DNA of 64,000 nucleotides from Bacteroidota bacterium (GTDB taxonomy: Bacteria > Bacteroidota > Rhodothermia > Rhodothermales > UBA10348), in the NCBI GenBank assembly GCA_029262855.1, contig JAJCYP010000010.1:2108-66107 (forward strand), in the 5' to 3' direction. The position numbers were made by a program, and so were the translations under genes. Positions within the stretch are counted from its first letter, which is position 1, and each line of letters begins with the position of its first letter. Shown in pieces: positions 55,457 through 64,000 of this stretch. The notes under the pieces are model-generated. The model was not told the DNA's origin and searched no databases. It worked only from the letters and a program-made list of their open reading frames with translations.

Positions 55457-56050
55457 ATGTCCTCCGCCCCTGACACCCCTCCCGGCAAGCTCAAGTTCGA
55501 CATCCGCGTCGCCGACAAGGCCGACGCGAGATTTGCGCAGGCAGTATGTGATCTGATTGAGGCCGCCGCCAAGGTTCGAGGGACGGGAATCGCCAAGCGG
55601 GACCCGTTCTACATCGCGACCAAGATGGAGAATGGGAACGCGGTGATTGCTCTTTGCGGAGATGACTTGGCCGGGTTTTGCTACATCGAGACCTGGGAGG
55701 CGGCCGGCTATGTGGCCAACTCGGGGCTGATTGTCAATCCGGAGTATCGTCAGAACGGGCTGGCGCGGCGGATCAAACGGCGCGCTTTTCAACTGTCCAG
55801 GGAACGCTACCCAAACGCCAAGCTGTTCGGGATCACGACCAGTCTCCCTGTGATGAAGATCAACTCGGATCTTGGCTACCGGCCCGTGACGTTTTCGGAA
55901 TTGACCAAGGACGACATCTTCTGGACGGGTTGCCAGAGTTGCCCCAACTACGACGTGCTCACCCGAACCGAGCGCAAGATCTGCCTGTGTACCGGGATGT
56001 TGTTCGATCCCAATGCCAGGCCTCCCAAGGAAGACGAGTCGGACGACTAG
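55457..56050 (+). CDS. GNAT family N-acetyltransferase (resembles the Bacteroidota arginine-pathway GNAT)
   Basis: RGTGIAKR, FCYIETW, VANSGLIV, KINSDLGY, FWTGCQSCPNYDVL, CLCTGML. Confidence 0.8.
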   Translation: MSSAPDTPPGKLKFDIRVADKADARFAQAVCDLIEAAAKVRGTGIAKRDPFYIATKMENGNAVIALCGDDLAGFCYIETWEAAGYVANSGLIVNPEYRQNGLARRIKRRAFQLSRERYPNAKLFGITTSLPVMKINSDLGYRPVTFSELTKDDIFWTGCQSCPNYDVLTRTERKICLCTGMLFDPNARPPKEDESDD

Positions 56051-57228
56051 TCGATCTCGGCGAGCCGGGTCCACCGCGGCTCTGATTGGCGGATGAATTC
56101 TGCGAGGGACATCGGGCGCAGATCGGCCATCGACCGCCGTGGACGACGCTCCCTCTGTGTGACGGGTTCGATAGAGAGCCCCGGCAGGGGCGCTTGGTCC
56201 GGAGCAGCCTGGACGTTCTGGGACACCGGAGCATCCACGGCCGAGGATTCCGGCTCCTCTTCCGGCTTCCGTGGCGCCTCGTACAGCCTGCGCAGTTCAA
56301 AGGGCCCCGACGCGATGCCGAGACGGGGTTTCGGCTCGGCTTCAGCCTCCTGCTCCATGGGCGACAACCACCGAATGACCACATCCTCGTGAGTGGTCGC
56401 GTCCATCGCCAGGTCAAAGACGACATCATCCCCGATCTCGTGCAGGTCTTCCGGGGGAGGCACGCTCAATGTGTGAGCCTCTGGGACAGGACGCTCGGCC
56501 TCGGCCTCAGCCGCCCCAACGTCGATTCCCGATCCGGCCACCGCGGCCTCAGCCGCCCCGTGGTCTTCCTCCCGTTCTTCGGCCTCGATTTCAAACGAGA
56601 GGGCATCGACCAGAGCGACCTCTTCCCGTTCCTCGATCTCCCGGTCCGCGACCAGATCCGTTTCCAGTTCTGTCGGCACGAAATTCCCGGGTTCGCTCAC
56701 GAGAACCGACTCGGTCAGGTACTCAGGCTCCGGATCCGCGGCGGCGACAATTTCAATCGTTGCATCCTCCGCCTCAAAGCGTGGCCATGCGGCGAGTTCT
56801 GATCCGTGTCCGCTTTCTTCGGGGGCAGTCCCTTCCTCAATCGGGAGTGTGTGCTCGACCTCATCAGCCGTTGGCAGGCTCGGGTCCAGTTTGATGGCCG
56901 ACACAGTCGGCACGTCTTGGGGATCGGTGGCCGAGAGACCCGAAATGCGCCGAAGTCGGTAGTCGATCTGCATTCGCCAAATGCCGGGGGCCGAGACGCG
57001 CAGACTCCGCTCCGAGCCGTCCTTCATGGCGAAGACCAGATTCCCCCCGCTCTTGCTGCTTGACCTCGCGACGGACTCAACCTGTTCGAGAAGTATCGAG
57101 TCTCGGAACCGCCGTCCACCGCGCCAACCTCTCACATCGACAAGCCGGGATCGCAAAGCGGCCTTTCCTAGCCAGAGGCGGCGACCGTCGTAGTGCGAGC
57201 AGGAAGATTTGAGTGTCTCGATTGCCAT
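56047..57228 (-). CDS. Hypothetical protein: small N-terminal domain plus long acidic low-complexity region
   Basis: About 90-aa basic beta-rich N-terminus, Glu/Ala/Pro-rich middle, short helical C-terminus; stop overlaps the GNAT stop. Confidence 0.7.
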   Translation of the reverse strand: MAIETLKSSCSHYDGRRLWLGKAALRSRLVDVRGWRGGRRFRDSILLEQVESVARSSSKSGGNLVFAMKDGSERSLRVSAPGIWRMQIDYRLRRISGLSATDPQDVPTVSAIKLDPSLPTADEVEHTLPIEEGTAPEESGHGSELAAWPRFEAEDATIEIVAAADPEPEYLTESVLVSEPGNFVPTELETDLVADREIEEREEVALVDALSFEIEAEEREEDHGAAEAAVAGSGIDVGAAEAEAERPVPEAHTLSVPPPEDLHEIGDDVVFDLAMDATTHEDVVIRWLSPMEQEAEAEPKPRLGIASGPFELRRLYEAPRKPEEEPESSAVDAPVSQNVQAAPDQAPLPGLSIEPVTQRERRPRRSMADLRPMSLAEFIRQSEPRWTRLAEID

Positions 57229-57311
57229 GTAGTGCGGGCGTGGAAGCGGTAACTACGAATACGAGTCAGTTTTGGAAATTCCGTCGCATCGTAGGCCAGC
57301 CCGCGCAGAAG

Positions 57312-57593
57312 CTACGGCCTGACTTCCACCCCCTTCCAAAACGCGACTCTTTTCGCCACTCTCTTTGCTGCCGGTTTGGGATCGGGATAGTACCAGGCGG
57401 CCCCAGGGTTTCGCTTCCCATTCACATCCAGATCGTAGTAGCTCGCGACTCCTTTCCAGGGACATGTAGTCTTGAGGTCGCTGGACTCAACATGTTCGCG
57501 CTTGATCGACTCCTCAGGGAAGTAGTGATTCCCCTCCACAACGATGGTGTCATCTGATTCTGCGATGACGACACCGTTCCATATAGCTTTCAT
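57312..57593 (-). CDS. DUF427 family protein
   Basis: VEGNHYFP, TTCPWKGVASYY, AAWYYPDPK. Confidence 0.95.
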   Translation of the reverse strand: MKAIWNGVVIAESDDTIVVEGNHYFPEESIKREHVESSDLKTTCPWKGVASYYDLDVNGKRNPGAAWYYPDPKPAAKRVAKRVAFWKGVEVRP

Positions 57594-57720
57594 GTATTTC
57601 CGGTCTTCTCTTGGTGGTTCTGAGGTGTCTTGGTGACTGGGGGTGGCCCGGTGTTACTGGACCGGGCCGGCCCTGTGCTACTTCAGTCGGACGATACGAG
57701 AGTGGCCGGCGCCCTGGGGC

Positions 57721-58560
57721 TTAAAGCAACTGATTGATTGCCGAAATGGTCTGCTCGCAGGCACGGACTCCGAGACGGACCCGGCTCAAGTCACCTCGGC
57801 CGGCTTCTATTTCAACCTCGGAGAGGAGCTGGTCCAGGGCCTCAACCCCGGCCGTACGTGCCGTCGATCGGAGTTTGTGCGCGAGGTGAACGACTTCCTT
57901 GGACGCATCCTTGTCCAAGGCATCGTAGAGGCCTTCACTTCCAAGCGCGAGTTGGTCAATGCAGAGATCCAGCATATGTCGGACGAACGTATCGTCTCCC
58001 ATCGCCATCGCCTGAAGGAATCCGAGGTCGACCGTAATTTCCGGGATCTCGTCGTGTTCTGCGACGGGGGCCAGATGACTGGATAGCTGAGCCGACAACT
58101 CGGCCAGTGAATACTGCAGACCCGCAATCTCGGGTTCCTCCGTACAGATGTTGAGGGCGAGAATGAGGTTACGCTCCTGCGCAAATAGCAGAAAGACACC
58201 GGCACTCCCTCGGCGGCTGAGTACGCCTGCCGGTGGCTCATCGCAGGCCATCCATCCGAAGTTGCCGGCCGAATACGCCCATTGCGAGAGTTCATGCGTC
58301 TCCGGAATCAGCCGGGCCGTGCGGCCTTCCGGCACGGCCTTCACGAGTTCATACCCGTGGCCGGTCCCCTGGTGCAGGAATCCTTCTTTGACCCAAAGAG
58401 CGGTGTAGTTCACGTCCTTCAGGTCTGAAACCCGCTGGACAAACTCCTGGCATATACCACGAAGAGATCCACGAGACGTGATGCGCTCGCGAGCGGGTTC
58501 GCGGGGTGCAGTTTCTCGTTTTCGGGACGAGTTCGGTTGTTCGAAGGAAGCGGTAGGCAT
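57721..58560 (-). CDS. Hpt domain protein with N-terminal GAF-like region (start uncertain)
   Basis: C-terminal VDLGFLQAMAMGD...HLAHKLRSTARTAG...LE Hpt pattern. Confidence 0.7.
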   Translation of the reverse strand: MPTASFEQPNSSRKRETAPREPARERITSRGSLRGICQEFVQRVSDLKDVNYTALWVKEGFLHQGTGHGYELVKAVPEGRTARLIPETHELSQWAYSAGNFGWMACDEPPAGVLSRRGSAGVFLLFAQERNLILALNICTEEPEIAGLQYSLAELSAQLSSHLAPVAEHDEIPEITVDLGFLQAMAMGDDTFVRHMLDLCIDQLALGSEGLYDALDKDASKEVVHLAHKLRSTARTAGVEALDQLLSEVEIEAGRGDLSRVRLGVRACEQTISAINQLL

Positions 58561-58770
58561 GTTCACATGAGGGGAAAGGCGTTCCCTCCGCAGAGCCTGG
58601 CGGGGAGAAAACGGGTTCATCCCTGGAATGGTCAAGATCCGGACCAACCTTTGGTGGCACCGCTCAAGACGCCCCCGGTTTGTAACAAGGTCTCCTCATA
58701 GACTACTATGAGACTACGCGGCTTGGGGAAACCGGGTCGCCTCACCCCCCATCAGCACACCCTGAACACC

Positions 58771-59160
58771 ATGCAGTACGTCCCACTCGTTGGTCGCATT
58801 CTCTTCGCCGCCGTTTTCATCATGTTCGGCCTCAATCACTTCACGCAAACGGCGATGATGGCCGAGAACATAGTTCCCGCCTGGATACCCGCCGCCAATG
58901 TGGTGGTGCTTCTCACCGGAGCAGTCATCGTGGCGGGCGGCCTCATGGTCCTGCTCGGATACAAGGCCAAGCTCGGGGGCCTCATCCTGGCCCTCTTCCT
59001 CATCCCGGTCGCGATCCTGGTTCATGGGCCCGGCTTTGCCGCTGGCGATCAGGTCGGAACAGGCATGTTCATGAAAGACCTCGCCCTTGCGGGCGCTGGG
59101 CTCCTGATCTACCACTTCGGAGCCGGTCCGATGAGCATGGACAACAAGGCGGCAGCCTGA
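58771..59160 (+). CDS. DoxX family membrane protein
   Basis: LVGRILFAAVF, GLNHF, FMKDLALAGAGLL, GAGPMSMD. Confidence 0.92.
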   Translation: MQYVPLVGRILFAAVFIMFGLNHFTQTAMMAENIVPAWIPAANVVVLLTGAVIVAGGLMVLLGYKAKLGGLILALFLIPVAILVHGPGFAAGDQVGTGMFMKDLALAGAGLLIYHFGAGPMSMDNKAAA

Positions 59161-59177
59161 CGCCTGCTTCTTGATTG

Positions 59178-59216
59178 AGGGGGTCCGGTACCGCGTGGTG
59201 CCGGGCCCCTTTTTTT
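59178..59216 (+). terminator. Rho-independent terminator after doxX
   Basis: GGGGTCCGGTACC-gcgt-GGTGCCGGGCCCC followed by a T run. Confidence 0.85.
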
Positions 59217-59250
59217 GCTTGGGGTGCCCTCACCCGTCGGCTGCCCGCAG

Positions 59251-60450
59251 CTATGCCGCCTGCGAGGCCGTTACGCGGTCCGCTATCGTACTCCCGATCC
59301 GCAGGCCTGCCGTGGCCGCCGGCGAGGGAGCGTTGCAGACGTGAATCTGGCGCGGCCGCTCCAGAATCAGGAAATCGTCCGCCATGGATCCGTCGGGCAT
59401 CACGGCCTGAGCCCGGATTCCGGACGGTGCCGGCAGCAGGTGTTCCTTGCGTACGGCAGGGATCAGCTTCTGCAGTTCCCTGACGTACCGAGACCGGGAG
59501 ACAGCGCAGGCGAATTCGTGCACGCCCTGCTTCCAGTGGTCTCTCATCAGGCGTCGAAAACCGCTGTAGGCCAGGTAGTCGCTCATATCCTTGATCGAGA
59601 CCTGGGGGATCCGGTAGCCTTCACGCGCGAAGGCCAGAAGCGCATTGGGTCCGCATTCCACGCCACCGCGCACCATCCGGGTAAAGTGGACCCCGAGGAA
59701 TGGATACGCGGGATTGGGCACCGGATAAATCAGCGTCCTGCAAAGATGCTCTGCTTCCGGCGCGAGTTTGTGGTAGTGGCCGCGAAACGGGACAATGCGC
59801 AGTCCTGGTTCAACGCCTCCCATGCGGGCGATGCGGTCCGAGTGCAATCCGGCGCAGTTCACCACCAGGCCCGCGGTGATGTCTCCGCGATCGGTGTTCA
59901 CAATGACTCCGTCCTGCTCGGGCTTGAGGTTGAGCACCGCGTGGCCCTTGCGGACATCTACGCCCAGTTCGACCGAACGCTGGCCGATTCTTCGGGATAC
60001 CGCTCCGTAGTCCGCGATGCCGGCATCTTCGACGTGCACCGCACATCGCCCGCGTACGTGCGGCTCGTACTCCTTCAGCGCCCCGCCCGACAGCCACGAG
60101 CAGGCCACACCGTTCGCTTGACCCCTCTCAAAGATGATCTGAAGTCGGGCCTCTTCTTCCTCGTCGGTGGCCACGATCACCTTCCCGCACATGTCGAACG
60201 GCAGGTCTTCCCGCTCGCAGAAGTCCACCAGTTCCGAACGGCCTGAGACGCAGTTGATCGCCTTCAGCGAGCCAGGTTTGTAATAGATCCCCGAGTGGAT
60301 CACTCCGGAGTTGCGACCCGTCTGGTGCGCGGCCAGTTCGTCTTCTTTCTCCAGGAGGACGATCCGCCCGACGCCCCGTTGGGCCAAGTGGTAGGCGGTC
60401 GAGAGTCCGACAATTCCTCCGCCGATGACGGCGACATCAAACCGCTCCAT
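59251..60450 (-). CDS. lhgO: L-2-hydroxyglutarate oxidase
   Basis: IGGGIVG, HQTGRNSGVIHSGIYYKPGSLKA, PFRGHY, PFLGVHFT, GIRAQA, NAPSPAATA. Confidence 0.93.
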   Translation of the reverse strand: MERFDVAVIGGGIVGLSTAYHLAQRGVGRIVLLEKEDELAAHQTGRNSGVIHSGIYYKPGSLKAINCVSGRSELVDFCEREDLPFDMCGKVIVATDEEEEARLQIIFERGQANGVACSWLSGGALKEYEPHVRGRCAVHVEDAGIADYGAVSRRIGQRSVELGVDVRKGHAVLNLKPEQDGVIVNTDRGDITAGLVVNCAGLHSDRIARMGGVEPGLRIVPFRGHYHKLAPEAEHLCRTLIYPVPNPAYPFLGVHFTRMVRGGVECGPNALLAFAREGYRIPQVSIKDMSDYLAYSGFRRLMRDHWKQGVHEFACAVSRSRYVRELQKLIPAVRKEHLLPAPSGIRAQAVMPDGSMADDFLILERPRQIHVCNAPSPAATAGLRIGSTIADRVTASQAA

Positions 60451-60472
60451 ACGCTCCGCCGTAGGCCCCCGA

Positions 60473-61783
60473 TCAGGCCTTGTACTTGTCTGGAAGACCG
60501 TTCTTGAGGATGCCCGTCATGGCATCTACAAAGCGGTCCAGTTCCTCGAGTGTGGTGTACACATTGGGCGTAATGCGGTTGCCCTCAAACTCCGCGTGTT
60601 TGATGGGGGTGACGATCATGCGGTGGGTGTCCCAGAGGTACCGGCCGATGGCCGCGCAATCGATTCCCTCCACATCCACCACGCCGATTCCGCAGCTCTG
60701 CCCGTAATCGAGCGTGGTCTGCAGGGTGACACGCTCATCCTTCATCAGCTCGTCGGCCCAGTAGGACGTCAGGTATCGAAGGCGTTCCGTTTTCCGGTCA
60801 GCACCAATTCCCTGATGGAATGTCAGCGCCTCGCCAATCGCCAGATAATTGGCCGCCGGATGGGTGCCAATTTCCTCGAACTTCCGAATGTTGTCGTCCA
60901 TTGCCGGGGGCGCGGCCATCATCGGCCACAGGCCCGCAATCTTGTCCTTCCGCACGTAGAGCATGCCCGTTCCGTGCGGGGCGAAGAGCCACTTGTGGAG
61001 GCTGGTCGCGAAGTAATCGCAATCCAGATCGCTGTGCTTGAAGGTGAAGTGGGCGAAGGAGTGCGCACCATCCACGATGACCGGAATGCCATGCTTCCTG
61101 GCCATGTGAACCACCTTCTTCACGGGCAGAATCTGGCCGGTTATGTTTACGATGTGGCACATCAAAATCGCCTTGGTCTTCGGCGTGATGTGGGACTCGA
61201 ACAGGCGAACCACCTCATCATCGTCGGTAGCCGGGATGGGTAGCTTGAACTGAACCAGCTTGATCCCCTCGCGCCGCTCCCGCTGCTTGAAGGTGGTGAT
61301 CATCCGGCCGTAATCGTGCGTGGTGGTCAACACCTCATCGCCCGCCCTGAGGTCCATGCCCAACTGGCATATCTGCAGGCCTTCGGAGGCATTTCGGGTG
61401 AGCGCGATCTCCTCGCCGTCCACGCCGAATTCCCGGGCCAGCCGCTGCCTGACGCCCTCCCGCTGGGGCTCGAGGATCCGCCACATCGTGTAGACGGGCG
61501 CCAGGTTGCTGTAGTCCAGGTGACGCTTCATGGCATCCTGCACCACTGCGGGTGCCGGGCTCACGCCACCGTTGTTCAGATTCACGAGGGTCCGGTCCAC
61601 CGTCCAGGCCTGCTGGACCCGGTACCAGAACTCTTCGTCGCGGGCGATTTCCGCCGGAGTCCCCGGATAGTGAGACAGCGTCTCGATGAGCCTGGGAATG
61701 CTCCCCGGCGTTAAGGCTACGGTTGCCATGGCTGCGGCCGCGGGTTTTCCGACGGTCCCCAGGAAGTCTCTGCGCGTGTACAT
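60473..61783 (-). CDS. Class V PLP-dependent aminotransferase (isopenicillin-N-epimerase-like) with Tat signal
   Basis: TRRDFL; NLNNGGVSP, TRNASEG, VDGAH, TSLHKW (PLP lysine). Confidence 0.9.
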   Translation of the reverse strand: MYTRRDFLGTVGKPAAAAMATVALTPGSIPRLIETLSHYPGTPAEIARDEEFWYRVQQAWTVDRTLVNLNNGGVSPAPAVVQDAMKRHLDYSNLAPVYTMWRILEPQREGVRQRLAREFGVDGEEIALTRNASEGLQICQLGMDLRAGDEVLTTTHDYGRMITTFKQRERREGIKLVQFKLPIPATDDDEVVRLFESHITPKTKAILMCHIVNITGQILPVKKVVHMARKHGIPVIVDGAHSFAHFTFKHSDLDCDYFATSLHKWLFAPHGTGMLYVRKDKIAGLWPMMAAPPAMDDNIRKFEEIGTHPAANYLAIGEALTFHQGIGADRKTERLRYLTSYWADELMKDERVTLQTTLDYGQSCGIGVVDVEGIDCAAIGRYLWDTHRMIVTPIKHAEFEGNRITPNVYTTLEELDRFVDAMTGILKNGLPDKYKA

Positions 61784-61854
61784 TGTCTGACCCGACTGGA
61801 TGTGGGCTCAAGGTAACAGATTTGACCGCGGACCGAAAGAAAGCTTCAGACAGG

Positions 61855-62871
61855 ATGCAAACCGCTCAGACAGGGTTCGTCGGGGTTGCCCTGCTGGGAC
61901 TCCTGGCGGTCTGGGCGCAGCCATCTCCGGGTCAACCCGACTGGGCCCGAATCAAGGGGGTCACGCTGGATGCCAGACGCGCTCCCCGCCCGGGTTTGTA
62001 CGACGAACTCGCCGACCTCGGTGCCACCCATGTCGCCCTCATTCCCTACGCCTTCTTCCGGGACGGCGAACTGAGGTTCAATGGCGAGGCGCGCTGGTTT
62101 TCCGAGAGTGGATCCGGGGCCGAAGCGCTGTCTGAGAGTCTGGCCGTGCGCGGAATCGATGTCACCCTCAAGCCGCAACTCTGGATGGGAAACGGCCGGT
62201 TTCCGGGGGATCTGGATTTTGATGACGCCGATGGCTGGGATGGTTTCGAGGAGGGCTACCGGGAGTATGCGCTCCACCACGCCGCCATTGCCGCGGAGAT
62301 TGGCTCCGACTGGTTTGTCGTCGGGACCGAACTTGCGCGCTCGGCCATCGAACGACCCGAGTTTTGGCGGGGCCTGATTGCGGAGATCCGGGAGGTCTTC
62401 CCGGGGCGCCTGACCTACGCGGCCAACTGGTGGGCCGAGGTGGACTCGGTGGCCTTCTGGGACGCGTTGGATGCGATCGGAGTGCAGGCGTATTACCCCC
62501 TCGCTGGGGACACAGACGCCACGGATTTCGCTCGGAGTTGGGCTTCACATTCTGCGATGCTCAAGGACCTGGCCCGGCGGTGGAAGAGGCCCGTCATCTT
62601 TACGGAGATTGGCTACAGATCCATGTCCGATGCGGCCGTCGAGCCGTGGGCCTGGACCCCACGGCGAAGCGCCGACGTGCCCGACCCGGCCGTGCAGGCT
62701 GCGCTTTACGAGGCGTTTTTCGCTGGCCCATGGAAGGCGCCCTGGATGTCCGGAGCCTACATCTGGAAATGGTACGGCCAGGAGGTGTCGGACCGGCACG
62801 ACCTGGACTTCACCCCGCAGGGGAAACCAGCCGAGGCCGTCATTCGACAGGCGTTTCGGGCTGAACGATAA
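61855..62871 (+). CDS. GH113-like glycoside hydrolase (TIM barrel)
   Basis: LKPQLW, VGTEL, LTYAANW, IGVQAYYPL, FTEIGY, IWKW, FTPQGKPAE. Confidence 0.85.
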   Translation: MQTAQTGFVGVALLGLLAVWAQPSPGQPDWARIKGVTLDARRAPRPGLYDELADLGATHVALIPYAFFRDGELRFNGEARWFSESGSGAEALSESLAVRGIDVTLKPQLWMGNGRFPGDLDFDDADGWDGFEEGYREYALHHAAIAAEIGSDWFVVGTELARSAIERPEFWRGLIAEIREVFPGRLTYAANWWAEVDSVAFWDALDAIGVQAYYPLAGDTDATDFARSWASHSAMLKDLARRWKRPVIFTEIGYRSMSDAAVEPWAWTPRRSADVPDPAVQAALYEAFFAGPWKAPWMSGAYIWKWYGQEVSDRHDLDFTPQGKPAEAVIRQAFRAER

Positions 62872-63391
62872 CACACCCGATCTCTGTCGGATGATCCTGG
62901 ACTTGCTGGTTGGCCGGGACATCGGCGATCAGCCGAAGCACGGCCCAATCGCCTACAGCCGACACCAGCATGAGCCAGGCAAAAACGGTCACGAAAGCAT
63001 TGCCTGCCGCCAGGCCATAGACGGCCGGAAGGACGCCCATAATGATGCCCGGAGTGCAGAGGATAATCCGATAGGCCCGCGCCGATACGGGCTTGCCTCC
63101 GTGGACAAACACCACGCCCTCGCGCCACCGCACCCCAAAGCTCAGATCTGACGGCCGAATGCCCGCGGCGAACATGGGCAGGATGTGCAGGAGTTCGTGA
63201 ACCACTATTGCCACCAAATAGACGCCCAGCAGGAGGAGCGTAGCGGTGACCCACTCACTGGCTTCTGCCGATGGCCAACCCCAAAAGACGAGGTAAGAGC
63301 CAAGCGTGATCAGTGTTACGGGAGGCAGCGCGTGCCACAGCACGCGTAGGATTTCCTCGACCGTAAGCGTGCGCGAAGTATCAGGCTCCAA
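62840..63391 (-). CDS. DUF3267 family membrane protein (putative zincin)
   Basis: VVHELLHIL, AYRIILCTP, SAVGDW, QDHPTEIG. Confidence 0.88.
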   Translation of the reverse strand: MEPDTSRTLTVEEILRVLWHALPPVTLITLGSYLVFWGWPSAEASEWVTATLLLLGVYLVAIVVHELLHILPMFAAGIRPSDLSFGVRWREGVVFVHGGKPVSARAYRIILCTPGIIMGVLPAVYGLAAGNAFVTVFAWLMLVSAVGDWAVLRLIADVPANQQVQDHPTEIGCVIVQPETPVE

Positions 63392-63533
63392 CAGGGAAGA
63401 TGCTACCGACAGAGCGGCCCATGAAATAGATGGCGAGCATCGTCAGGACAAAGACCAACGTCACCAGCGCGGGGGGACGGTACATCTCCTCCAAACGCTC
63501 GTCGCGGCCGTATTCGTAATCCTGATCTTCCAT
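63381..63533 (-). CDS. Small single-TM protein (50 aa), below the ORF-track threshold
   Basis: Hand translation MEDQDYEYGRDERLEEMYRPPALVTLVFVLTMLAIYFMGRSVGSIFPVGA*; bridges the carbamoyltransferase and DUF3267 genes. Confidence 0.55.
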   Translation of the reverse strand: MEDQDYEYGRDERLEEMYRPPALVTLVFVLTMLAIYFMGRSVGSIFPVGA

Positions 63534-63629
63534 GGTGAAAGGTATCCAGTGCAGATACTTGTATGCTCAGAAGGGTACGCTTCAATAAACGGAATTCGCG
63601 CCGGGGTGTGCGTGAATTCCAGCGGGTCG

Positions 63630-64000
63630 CTAGTCCAGCCCGTATCGCGCAGCGATTTCCTCTGGGTCCAGGGCCTGAACCTCGTCTCCCAGCATCTCCT
63701 TCGTGATGAGGTGGTGGCCGAGTACCAGCGCATCCATGTGGGTGTCGCGGAAACAGCGGTAGGCATCTTCCAGGGTGCATACGATGGGTTCTCCGCGCAC
63801 GTTGAAACTCGTGTTGACCAGCACAGGGCAACCTGTCAGGGCGTCGAAGGCCTCCAGCAGCTCGTGGTAGGCTGGGTTGGTCTCCTTGGACACCGTCTGG
63901 ACCCTGGCTGACCCGTCGACGTGGGTGACAGCGGGGATTGGCGATTCGATGTGCTGCAGGCGGTCCAGGCCGTCTCCGGATACCGTGGCGTTGAGCACGT
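63630..64000 (-). CDS. Carbamoyltransferase (NodU/CmcH family) C-terminal part; 5' end outside the window
   Basis: IPAVTHVDGSARVQTV, LVNTSFNVRGEPIVCT. Confidence 0.95.
   Translation of the reverse strand, partial: VLNATVSGDGLDRLQHIESPIPAVTHVDGSARVQTVSKETNPAYHELLEAFDALTGCPVLVNTSFNVRGEPIVCTLEDAYRCFRDTHMDALVLGHHLITKEMLGDEVQALDPEEIAARYGLD

Noticed and set aside
1-64000. CRISPR array, integrase, prophage structural genes, rRNA
   Set aside because: No regularly spaced repeat-spacer units or diagnostic motifs seen by eye; short or degenerate arrays cannot be fully excluded.

Overview
GC-rich bacterial chromosomal segment, inferred to be Rhodothermota/Bacteroidota-like from a T9SS C-terminal sorting domain, TAnnTTTG promoter motifs and a split 5'-nucleotidase. 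It holds about 60 CDS, mostly secreted hydrolases (sulfatase, three M14 and one M28 peptidases, GH13, GH113, PhoX), envelope and stress genes, housekeeping genes (aroC, arfB, pnuC, tag, lhgO) and tRNA-Leu(GAG). Downstream of the tRNA is an accessory, partly decayed region (about 8.7-16.6 kb). It contains an NDH-2 with an in-frame internal deletion, a Bor-like lipoprotein, a stand-alone SIR2-like protein, a three-gene ECF sigma operon with a YciI-domain anti-sigma, an ISAzo13 relic and a collapsed type I R-M locus. Best candidates for undescribed biology: an adjacent pair of one active and one catalytically dead M14 peptidase, an MHYT-PAS pseudo-histidine kinase, the ECF/YciI operon, the orphan SIR2 protein and a T9SS-exported HQxxH pseudo-zincin. 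No CRISPR array, integrase or rRNA was seen. All family calls come from motif recognition by eye; no database searches were run.
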